The notes beneath the pieces are model-generated. The model searched no databases and had not been told where the DNA came from. It saw only the letters and a program-made list of their open reading frames with translations. Made by a program: the position numbers and the translations under genes. A stretch of DNA of 64,000 nucleotides from Candidatus Kryptoniota bacterium. GTDB lineage: Bacteria > Bacteroidota > Ignavibacteria > Kryptoniales > JAKASW01. This document shows, one piece after another, positions 1 through 8,153 of this stretch. Position 1 is the first letter of the stretch, and every line of letters starts with the position of its first letter. The stretch covers positions 8,906-72,905 of the forward strand of contig DATCTN010000021.1 in assembly GCA_036567965.1 (NCBI GenBank). Reading direction: 5' to 3'.

Positions 1-495
1 ATTCCCGAGGGACATTACCTTAGTTTTGCTTTGCGCCCGCAAGCTCGGCACGGTAAGCTAGCATCCGCTGTTGTGGGGGAAAACGCTTTGCTCTTCGGTA
101 CGATGAGAGCATACCTTGGGAACATAATCGTCACACCTATGGCTGATTGGATCGACGAAGAGGGGCCGATCCATTTCCCAGTAAAGTCTGAGTTCGTTGT
201 CATAACGCCCAACGACGACCTTCCCTATTACTGGCTAGCTTATCTTCGCTCCCATCACTTTTTGGACAATCTTCCCCTAGGATCGGGTGGAACAAGACCC
301 CGCTTGAACCCAGAGCTTCTTGCTGAAACTCCTATAACTGTTCCACCTCTCAGCACTAGAGTATCTATACATAATCAATTGAAGGAGCTTGCGATGAATG
401 AGTGGCAAAACTATCGGAAGGTCTCCCTCGCGATCAATTCACTTACTCAGAAAACACAATGGCCGACATCACCGCAAATGAACTCAAATCACTAA
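1..495 (+). CDS. Restriction-modification specificity (HsdS/TRD-like) protein, C-terminal part. The 5' end lies upstream of the window.
   Basis: Frame 1 is open from base 1 to TAA at 493-495; the TTG at 31 used by the ORF track is probably internal. The tail ...GSGGTRPRLNPELLAETPITVPPLSTRVSIHNQLKEL resembles the end of a Methylase_S target-recognition domain. A PD-(D/E)xK gene follows directly. Confidence 0.45.
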   Translation: MPEGHYLSFALRPQARHGKLASAVVGENALLFGTMRAYLGNIIVTPMADWIDEEGPIHFPVKSEFVVITPNDDLPYYWLAYLRSHHFLDNLPLGSGGTRPRLNPELLAETPITVPPLSTRVSIHNQLKELAMNEWQNYRKVSLAINSLTQKTQWPTSPQMNSNH

Positions 496-1205
496 AGCAA
501 GAATTCGAGCCTTTAATTGGCTTAAGAGTGGACTGGTTGGCTTTGCCAGAAAGGTCCCTTCCCGGCTTTGAACCAAGTCAAATCGCAGTAATCGTAAATA
601 CCATCCTCGACGCAGCCTTGCCTCAAATCCAATTGCTCGCAACTTCACCAGAGAATCGTATAAAGCTTGAGCAAATTGGTCTATCGAAATTCCCGGGCCA
701 GGTTGGCGAACGTGAGCAGTATCCAGATTACATACATAAATCTGGTTACCGTGTTGAACTGAAGGGGCTGTTCGTAGATAACACCGATCTTAAGTTCAAA
801 CGTCCTCCTACACGAAGGGAACCATCTGCTAGGCTGAAGGAGAACGTTACATTGTACAATGTTGATTCGGCCAAGGACGCTCTGATGCTGCTCGCTGTCC
901 AGTTACAGGATTTCTCAGGGATATGCCACCCGGTAATTGTTGATCTCGCACTCTTTTCAATGATACGCTGCATCCGTGCAAGAGACAACCGTCTCAAGGA
1001 AGGTGGGGGCAGATGGCACAACGGCATCCCTCAGGTGGTCAAGAAGAACAGTATGTCCAAGTTTCGCGATGGTCTTACTCTTAAAGATTCGGACTTCGAG
1101 AAAGACACGAACTTCGGAAAATTGAAGCGCATTCCCTACGAGCCTCTTCAAGATTTCATGCGGAAGCAGGGTGCCGTCGGTAATAATGACGACGATGAAA
1201 CTTAA
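459..1205 (+). CDS. Putative type II restriction endonuclease (PD-(D/E)xK fold)
   Basis: ORF 402..1205; ATG at 459 gives MADITANELK. The motif EQYPDYIHKSGYRVELKGLF fits PD...(D/E)xK. It overlaps the 3' end of the specificity-like gene by 37 nt. A GTG start at 402 is an alternative. Confidence 0.5.
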   Translation: MADITANELKSLKQEFEPLIGLRVDWLALPERSLPGFEPSQIAVIVNTILDAALPQIQLLATSPENRIKLEQIGLSKFPGQVGEREQYPDYIHKSGYRVELKGLFVDNTDLKFKRPPTRREPSARLKENVTLYNVDSAKDALMLLAVQLQDFSGICHPVIVDLALFSMIRCIRARDNRLKEGGGRWHNGIPQVVKKNSMSKFRDGLTLKDSDFEKDTNFGKLKRIPYEPLQDFMRKQGAVGNNDDDET

Positions 1206-1390
1206 CCGCCGCAAACTGCAACTAACAAGCACGAAAGAGACGCTCCGCATTATATATGCAAGATGGTCGCTTCATTGCTTTCGCCCGATGACTCGGCGCT
1301 GCGCGACATTTATAGCGGGCGAAAGCAACGACTTCTTTTTGGTAAACGTTAGGCGAAATTGGGCGCAGGGGAAGGTTCGAAAGATAAACC

Positions 1391-2083
1391 ATGCTTGAGA
1401 ACATTTTGAATTTCATTCTGGACAATGTTAGGTCCCTGTTCTATGGTATTCTCCTGCTCATCGTGGCTTTGCTCTTTCTTCCCGATAAGATCATCCTATG
1501 GACATTGCGAAAGATTAAACCATCGATCCTTGAGAATGAAAACAAGAAATGGAAAGGCATTTTTGCCTTACTCATGAATATCCTCTTACATCGCAGTTTC
1601 ACAGATTTCAGCCAGTCCGAGACAATCAAAGCACGTCTTGAGGATATCAGACGACTGCAATCAAGTATCAGCGCGATGGAAAAGAACCTCTACTTTCTTG
1701 ATCTTTGTGTGGACACATTCCACATGCTCAATTTCGCTCTGCCACACGCTACAGGAGCTATTGACTATGACATCTTCTCCGAAGCGATCAACTACTTAAC
1801 AAACTATACTCAATACGTTACCCCATTCACTGAAAATGAAAACTTTGGCGAAAATGTAACCCGATCGATAAATGATCTTGATGAGGCTTTCACTGAGCTT
1901 TCCAAAATGCAGCAACAGAGTGGCAACCACGATGCAGTGGAAAAAGCCTTGTTTGAACAGCAGTTTATGAGAACTCGTGACTATCTGAAGTCTGAAAGAC
2001 ACGCTTTGGAACGAATCGTGGAGGAGAACCGGAACCAGATTAAAGCTGCGCTGGAGGAGGTCATCAATGAAACGGCTCAATGA
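1391..2083 (+). CDS. Hypothetical membrane-anchored protein (N-terminal TM helix, helical/coiled-coil C-terminal part)
   Basis: 230-aa ORF. Hydrophobic segment LFYGILLLIVALLFL near the N-terminus, and a charged helical C-terminus (ERHALERIVEENRNQIKAALEEV). The 3' end overlaps the next gene by 17 nt. Confidence 0.6.
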   Translation: MLENILNFILDNVRSLFYGILLLIVALLFLPDKIILWTLRKIKPSILENENKKWKGIFALLMNILLHRSFTDFSQSETIKARLEDIRRLQSSISAMEKNLYFLDLCVDTFHMLNFALPHATGAIDYDIFSEAINYLTNYTQYVTPFTENENFGENVTRSINDLDEAFTELSKMQQQSGNHDAVEKALFEQQFMRTRDYLKSERHALERIVEENRNQIKAALEEVINETAQ

Positions 2084-2435
2084 TGTAAACCAACTGATAG
2101 GTCAAGTCTCACAACTGGGCATCAAGTTTGTTTCAATTCAACATATTTTCCTTTTTGGAAGTCAGGTGCGACGCCGCACCCCCACATCTGATGTTGATAT
2201 TCTTGTTATCTTGTCAGATGAAAACCAAAGGCTCGATATCTTCCGGGAACTGTGTCAGCTTACCCTGCTCCACCACATCTTAATTCATCCCATAGTTCTA
2301 ACGACTCATGAATTCAATATCCGCAAGGGGTCGAGACTTTTTGACGAGAATATAGTATCCCTCTCGCAACATCTGTTCTGGCGACGCCCAACTTCGCCTA
2401 ACACTTTTAAAAGGTCAAACTCGAGAGACAAATAG
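2067..2435 (+). CDS. Minimal nucleotidyltransferase (MNT / Pol-beta superfamily)
   Basis: FLFGSQVRRRTPTSDVDILVILSD matches the GS-x(n)-DhDhhh signature of Pol-beta-fold minimal nucleotidyltransferases (MntA-like). Length is 122 aa. Confidence 0.75.
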   Translation: MKRLNDVNQLIGQVSQLGIKFVSIQHIFLFGSQVRRRTPTSDVDILVILSDENQRLDIFRELCQLTLLHHILIHPIVLTTHEFNIRKGSRLFDENIVSLSQHLFWRRPTSPNTFKRSNSRDK

Positions 2436-2636
2436 ATTGTTAATCGATGCGAAGGCACGGATTCTCTTTTTCCTAAGCTCCTGCTTGTCCGCAGGACTCC
2501 TTTGGGGGGAAACCCTCTTTCCAAGCTCCGCTTCGACCGGGCAGAATCAAGCAGAGCTGCAGTAGCTTGGGACGCAGAGGTAAGGTGAGATAGAGCGACA
2601 TCTTTTTTCATATGATCATCAATCTCGGAGGGCGCT

Positions 2637-3179
2637 ATGGGTAAGGATCGACCGGAAGACATTCTTGTACAACAACAAATGAAAAGTCTCGAGGACCGGG
2701 TAACGAAGATCGAAGTGAACTGGAAAGTGACTTTTATTCTGGCCGCCATATTCGGAATAGGAGGCGGCTTCGGAGGTTATTATGTCTCGTCTCTCTACAA
2801 TACGATTCACGACCTGAAAGTGCAGACCGACTCACTGCAGGCCGAGTCCAGCCATCTCCGGACTGCCATGCACGACACGTTAGTGTCGGTGCAGATAGAG
2901 GCATACAAAGACGCACCCGACGCGCTACGGAGAGCGGTCGAGGCCCAGCTTCACGTGTGTTCCGCCCGCATCGACGATGCACATGAGAGGATCGGCAGGA
3001 TAGCTTTAGTCGCGGGCAAGACGACGAAAACCAAATACCAGTCCGGTAAAGGTGACCACGCAGACCCTCAGAACCTGCTCTTCATGGCCGGACTGCAAAC
3101 GAGCGGCGGCAACAACACAAACTTCTACAAGGAAATCAAGTTGTACATCCCTCCGGAGGGCCACGGGCAGAACAAGTGA
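2637..3179 (+). CDS. Hypothetical single-pass membrane protein
   Basis: GGAGGG sits 5 nt upstream of the ATG. TM segment VTFILAAIFGIGGGFGGYYVSSL, followed by a helical region. I recognise no family. Confidence 0.55.
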   Translation: MGKDRPEDILVQQQMKSLEDRVTKIEVNWKVTFILAAIFGIGGGFGGYYVSSLYNTIHDLKVQTDSLQAESSHLRTAMHDTLVSVQIEAYKDAPDALRRAVEAQLHVCSARIDDAHERIGRIALVAGKTTKTKYQSGKGDHADPQNLLFMAGLQTSGGNNTNFYKEIKLYIPPEGHGQNK

Positions 3180-3532
3180 GGCGGTCCACCGTCGATTTTT
3201 TCTGTTTTCCTCCGAAGGAGTCCTTCACGAAGTGACCTGCGGTTGGACCTTCGGGACGTGAAAGACTCCTTTCCGACGAAATCCTTTGGATCGGAGGACA
3301 CCTTTGGAAGAGTCCTGTCCCGGGCACGGCCCGATGAAATCGCTGCAATGAGGAATTGCCATGAACCTTTTGGCTATTATTGACCCCACCTGGATGTAAT
3401 CCCTTTTTCGTCCCTTTGCCCTACTTTGCGATGTTAAATTTCTGGGTATCATAATGAGAAAGGTTTCATCACTTCAGGGACTAATAGTACAGCGCTGCGG
3501 GATCCTAATCTAAACCGAAAGGGAAGAAGATC

Positions 3533-3679
3533 ATGAGCAAAGGTCAAGAGGGCAAAAGGGACTCGAAGAAAAAGCCGGCCAAGACCAAGAAAGAAAAGAA
3601 GGCGGCTAAAAGAGAGAAGAAAAACGAGCAACTGAAGCATGGCCTCCTCGAGCCACAAGACATTGGAGGTCTGAAATAA
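3533..3679 (+). CDS. Possible small lysine-rich protein (48 aa)
   Basis: ATG at 3533 to TAA at 3677-3679 encodes MSKGQEGKRDSKKKPAKTKKEKKAAKREKKNEQLKHGLLEPQDIGGLK. It is below the ORF-track cutoff. The 69-aa antisense ORF 3449..3658 is its low-complexity mirror. Confidence 0.3.
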   Translation: MSKGQEGKRDSKKKPAKTKKEKKAAKREKKNEQLKHGLLEPQDIGGLK

Positions 3680-3815
3680 TAGACCTTATTGAAAAGACGT
3701 GCCTTGCAATGCCGATTCAATGATTCATCAATAGTAAAGGTGGATCACCAACCTGGCTTTATGGCAAATCAAGGTACCGAAAGATTTGTTCCGCACATCT
3801 ATAGGAAGATGACAT

Positions 3816-4241
3816 ATGATTAAGACTGAACAAAGTTCTACGGTAGAATCAGGGGCTGAGATGCGGATTGTTGGCCTCAACACAGACAAGACCCGTGCAT
3901 TGATTGGATCAGACAGTTTATATCAGGTCTATTTTGAACTATCAGGAATTCCGACGCAGGGGTGGAGAACGGTATTTGAGCGGGAGTGGAAGGCGTTGAA
4001 TGTGGGACAAGCGCTATCATTACAGGATACAAGTGTTGAGAGAGCATTTCTGGTGATGCACTGTCCCCTGCAGGATGTTGCCAAACATCTGCCGATTCTG
4101 AAAAAGGCGGTCGCTGCTGCCAATAAAGATTACTCCGAATATGCACGAGGGCAAGCAGAAGAAGAAAAAGGGCGCGAAGATCTTTGGAAGAATGAGCGTA
4201 AAACCGTCGAAGATGTTGCTAAGTCGTTACACTTCGATTAA
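3816..4241 (+). CDS. Hypothetical protein (141 aa)
   Basis: Clean ORF with AGGAAG upstream and a balanced amino-acid composition. I recognise no family. Confidence 0.55.
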   Translation: MIKTEQSSTVESGAEMRIVGLNTDKTRALIGSDSLYQVYFELSGIPTQGWRTVFEREWKALNVGQALSLQDTSVERAFLVMHCPLQDVAKHLPILKKAVAAANKDYSEYARGQAEEEKGREDLWKNERKTVEDVAKSLHFD

Positions 4242-4883
4242 CACCCCTTCAGCTGCTGTGCATTTAGTTCACTGGTGAGTATGCCGCGAGTATTTACCCG
4301 CCAGTTGACGACTACACGGTATGCTTTCACCGGGAGGTAAGCTGGCATGCTGGATGTGCAACAGGGGGAAATGGTGCCCGCACACAAATATTGGTTGCAC
4401 CGGAAAAACTCTGAACTGAATCAAAAAGTAGTCTGTCTCACAAACCGTTTGGGTCCCATCCGAAGTAATCTTAGATAATGTCCTGCCCGTTTAGGTTCAA
4501 CTTATAGGGTGGAACAGAAGCAGCTAGCGGGGAAGATGAGGGTACTATTTTGCGGCGAAAGTGGTTGTGGAAATATTTTTGTTTTGGGACTTTTATATGT
4601 TTCCTAATAATTTGAGCGCATTCAGGGGAAGTCATTATGCTGATCTGTGGGCGAGCACACATCCTGCTCCGGAGAAAGCTTAGTGGATTGCAGTTCACGG
4701 ACTGGGGAAGTATCTTCAAATGTCAGACGGGCAGCGTCCATAATAACAAAGGCGACCTCCTTCTGGATTCCGTGAGTCGAGGATAGGTCGCATGTCAAAT
4801 GCAGCGAAGCACAACAACGGCTCAAGTCGGGGCGCATCACTCCCACCTTTTTGCCGCTCGTAACTCTCGAGAGGAGACACATC

Positions 4884-6695
4884 ATGCGAAAAAATTCTCT
4901 TACCATTTTGATGATACTTATTTGTGCCGGTTTTGTCCGGAGTACTGCCGTGGCGCAGGAATTTCCAATAGCAGTAGGCACCGACTCGACATTCGGTCAG
5001 GGCGGCGCCTCTGATGGCACACACTATTTAATCGGGCTAGTTTCAAACCATAATGATCTTACCGCCCAGTTCCTCGCCGCCGGCGGTGCTCTGTATGGCC
5101 CCAGGTTCTCATTCGGAGGGACCGGCACCGGTTTAATGTTCGCTTTCGATGGGACGAATTATCTTGCGGTGTGGACCGATCCATTCCCGTTCTTTGCCGG
5201 CGGCGATACGAACGGCATCGGGGATCTTCACGGACAATTCATAAGCACCTCCGGAAGTCTGGTGGGGACACAATTCACCATTGCCACAGGAGTTAACATA
5301 AAATTCGGACAGGGGCGCGGCCGACTTATTTTTACAGATACAGATTATCTCCTGCTTTACGAGAAGGGTGGTAATCAACAGGATCATCTATATGCACAAC
5401 TCATAGACAAATCAGGTAACCTCGTAGGCGGCTCAGTCCAAATCAGCAGCAACTATGCGCGGGACATGGCAGCCGGATTTGATGGTACAAACTACCTGAT
5501 GGCATGGTGCGAAGGTTCGGATGTCCATGAGTTTATCTATGGCCAGTTTGTCAGCAAACAGGGTGCCCTCGTCGGTTCCAACTTCTTGATAGACGGCAGT
5601 CAGAATGCGAGCGATAATCCGGTGTCGGTGGCGTTTGATGGTTCAAGATATCTGGTGGCTTTTCACGACCAGGCTGCAGACGGCGTGACATGGAATCTCT
5701 ATGGCCGTTTCGTTTCAACTTCGGGGACGGTTGCACCTGATAAGATGACGATTTGCGATTCGACCAAGGCTCCGTTTAATCCTATGCTTGCGTTTGACGG
5801 AACAAACTATTTTGCAACCTGGATGGAGATGGCGGGACCTATACGAGTAATCGGAAGGTACTTCTGCACTACCGGCGTGCCGGTTGATACCGCATTCATT
5901 GTGTTTGACACCCTTGGCGGCAAGATGGCGCTTGGAGGTGTATCCGGTTTCTCGAACGGGCATTACACGCTAGGCGCTACACGAGTGGATATGAATCAGA
6001 CGGACGGCGACGTGTATGGAAGAATTATTGAACCATTATCCGTCGGGGGTGGTCCTTTACTCGGGACCTGGGCGAAAGCAAGCGGACCGGCAAATGTGCT
6101 GACGTACTACTTTAACAGTAGCTCTGTCGTTACCATGAAAATGGATTTTGATACTGCAATGACTGCCGGTTATGCCATCGACACATCGGTCACTCCTCAT
6201 CACATATCATGGTACGGCGGCAATGGTAAGTTAGGAAATCTTGGGATATGGAAAATCATTGGAGATAGTCTTCTGGTAAAGGCGACCGGCGGTGATACGA
6301 CCACATTTCCGACGTCCTTTGAACCTGAATCAGCATACCCCGACGAAGCCACCAGCTATGTCAAGGTGAAGCTGTTAACTGCTGTGAAGGAGAACCGGGT
6401 GGAGGTGGCAAAAGGATTTTCCCTCTTCCAGAACTATCCGAACCCATTCAACCCGTCGACAGTTATCGGCTATCAGCTCTCAGCAGTAAGCCATGTTACA
6501 TTAAAAATTTATGATGTACTTGGAAGGGAAGTGAAAACGCTTGTCAATGAGCGTCAAGACGCAGGAAGTCACTCGGTAACTTTTGATGCCTCCTATTTGC
6601 CTAGCGGAGTATACTTCTATAGGCTTTCCGCAGGATCCCTTACGGGACAAGTTGGAAGTTACAGTGCAACGAAAAAACTACTGCTTCTGAAGTGA
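4884..6695 (+). CDS. Secreted repeat protein with a T9SS C-terminal sorting domain
   Basis: GAGGAG precedes the ATG at 4884. Signal peptide MRKNSLTILMILICAGFVRSTAVAQ. About seven repeats of roughly 55 aa with the core [AG]FDG[TS]NYL. C-terminus FQNYPNPFNPST...GVYFYRL...KKLLLLK. Confidence 0.85.
   Translation: MRKNSLTILMILICAGFVRSTAVAQEFPIAVGTDSTFGQGGASDGTHYLIGLVSNHNDLTAQFLAAGGALYGPRFSFGGTGTGLMFAFDGTNYLAVWTDPFPFFAGGDTNGIGDLHGQFISTSGSLVGTQFTIATGVNIKFGQGRGRLIFTDTDYLLLYEKGGNQQDHLYAQLIDKSGNLVGGSVQISSNYARDMAAGFDGTNYLMAWCEGSDVHEFIYGQFVSKQGALVGSNFLIDGSQNASDNPVSVAFDGSRYLVAFHDQAADGVTWNLYGRFVSTSGTVAPDKMTICDSTKAPFNPMLAFDGTNYFATWMEMAGPIRVIGRYFCTTGVPVDTAFIVFDTLGGKMALGGVSGFSNGHYTLGATRVDMNQTDGDVYGRIIEPLSVGGGPLLGTWAKASGPANVLTYYFNSSSVVTMKMDFDTAMTAGYAIDTSVTPHHISWYGGNGKLGNLGIWKIIGDSLLVKATGGDTTTFPTSFEPESAYPDEATSYVKVKLLTAVKENRVEVAKGFSLFQNYPNPFNPSTVIGYQLSAVSHVTLKIYDVLGREVKTLVNERQDAGSHSVTFDASYLPSGVYFYRLSAGSLTGQVGSYSATKKLLLLK
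6429..6589 (+). repeat. Copy 1 of a near-identical 161-bp direct repeat (encodes the T9SS sorting-domain core)
   Basis: cagaactatccgaacccattcaacccgtcgacagttatcggctatcagctctcagc... differs at only a handful of positions from 7862..8022. Confidence 0.9.
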
Positions 6696-6742
6696 CGGGA
6701 ATCCCGGTTAAAATCAATTGCGCTTGGGAAAGGAAACGGGTC

Positions 6743-8107
6743 ATGTTCAAGAGTTTATTCGACTATTTAATAATGCTATTCATGTCCCTAGTGGTGACGG
6801 CAGCTGCCGAAGCCCAAACATGGGAATATCAAACGAATCCCACAATCGGTACAGCAGATACAGCGGGTGGCGGCAAAATTCAATTTGTAAGTTCCACCGA
6901 AGGCTGGATTTCTGCAAGTGACGGCAAATTGCTGCACACAACAAACGCCGGAACAGACTGGTCCGTCATGACGCCGTTCCCATCCGACACGGTGTGGAGT
7001 TTTTCTGATCCGTCGGTCACCATGAGCTGGGTCAATCAAACTCATGGCTGGAAGATCAACGCCATAGGCAAGGGATTCAGTGATGGCCATGGTGCTGTGA
7101 TTCACAAAACTACCGACGGAGGCAGCACCTGGGAAAAGAAAATAATATCTACAGACTCGGGCGAAGTCGGATTGGAAATTCAATTCGTCGATGAAAACAA
7201 TGGTTGGGCTCTTATCTATAACCTTTCCAACGGAAGTGGAAGTTTGCGGAAGAGTACTGACGGTGGAAATAGTTGGAGTTCGGTTGCTTCCGATACTGTG
7301 GGTGGTTTCTATTTTGTGGATGCAAGTAACGGTTGGTCGCTTATACCCTCGAACTCACAGGATTCATCTTTATTATTTCGTCGCACCACGAATGGGGGAG
7401 CTAACTGGGTCACGCAATATACAGACAAATCGCCCGGGAGTATTAATGCCGTGCAATTTACCGATCTAAATAATGGCTGGGCGGTTGGTGGAAATGCAAA
7501 AATTTTGAGAACAACTGATGGCGGTGCGAGTTGGACTTCAATCACTAATACTGGCATTGCTCCTCAATCAAACAGTAAGTGCCTCTTCTTTTTGAATGCG
7601 GATACCGGTTGGATTGGTACAAACGACGGCATTCAGGATCAAGGTCCCGACAGGGTAATCCTGCACACTACCAATGGTGGCTCAAGCTGGACGGTGAGCT
7701 ATAGGGATAAGAATAATAACAGTGCGATCTTTAGTATTTTCTTCCTGGATGCGAACAACGGATGGTTTACGGGCGACTATGGCGTCATCGGCCATACGAC
7801 CAACGGTGGAACGGGAGTAGTAAGTGATAAAAGCATAACGCCCAGCATCTTCTCGTTAGGTCAGAACTATCCGAACCCATTCAACCCGTCGACAGTTATC
7901 GGCTATCAGCTCTCAGCGGTCAGCCATGTTACATTAAAAATTTATGATGTACTTGGAAGGGAAGTGAAAACGCTTGTCAGTGAGCGTCAAGCTGCGGGAA
8001 GTCACTCGGTAACTTTTGATGCGGGCGGCTTACCCAGCGGTGTGTATTTCTACCGGCTGCAAGCCGGGAGCTTTAATGCAATCCAAAAACTCTTGCTCCT
8101 GAAATAA
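6743..8107 (+). CDS. BNR/Asp-box (Ycf48-like) beta-propeller protein with a T9SS C-terminal sorting domain
   Basis: Signal peptide MFKSLFDYLIMLFMSLVVTAAAEAQ. Six S/T-x-D/N-x-G-x-x-W boxes (TTNAGTDWS, TTDGGSTWE, STDGGNSWS, TTNGGANWV, TTDGGASWT, TTNGGSSWT). C-terminus GQNYPNPFNPST...YFYRL...KLLLLK. Confidence 0.85.
   Translation: MFKSLFDYLIMLFMSLVVTAAAEAQTWEYQTNPTIGTADTAGGGKIQFVSSTEGWISASDGKLLHTTNAGTDWSVMTPFPSDTVWSFSDPSVTMSWVNQTHGWKINAIGKGFSDGHGAVIHKTTDGGSTWEKKIISTDSGEVGLEIQFVDENNGWALIYNLSNGSGSLRKSTDGGNSWSSVASDTVGGFYFVDASNGWSLIPSNSQDSSLLFRRTTNGGANWVTQYTDKSPGSINAVQFTDLNNGWAVGGNAKILRTTDGGASWTSITNTGIAPQSNSKCLFFLNADTGWIGTNDGIQDQGPDRVILHTTNGGSSWTVSYRDKNNNSAIFSIFFLDANNGWFTGDYGVIGHTTNGGTGVVSDKSITPSIFSLGQNYPNPFNPSTVIGYQLSAVSHVTLKIYDVLGREVKTLVSERQAAGSHSVTFDAGGLPSGVYFYRLQAGSFNAIQKLLLLK
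7862..8022 (+). repeat. Copy 2 of the near-identical 161-bp direct repeat
   Basis: See 6429..6589. The surrounding coding sequence of the two genes is otherwise unrelated. Confidence 0.9.
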
Positions 8108-8153
8108 GGGGGCGAATCGTCATTTACAATTATTCTTCAGAAAAAATTAGGAG

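Noticed and set aside
2306-2611. A minus-strand ORF (from MKKDVALSHL...) convergent with the MNT gene. It contains R-x5-H (RESVPSH), which I considered as a possible HEPN toxin partner.
   Set aside because: It overlaps the MNT 3' end by 130 nt on the opposite strand. Its composition is Arg/Ser-rich and looks non-coding. It also lacks the QA.EKalKA helix pattern of HEPN domains.
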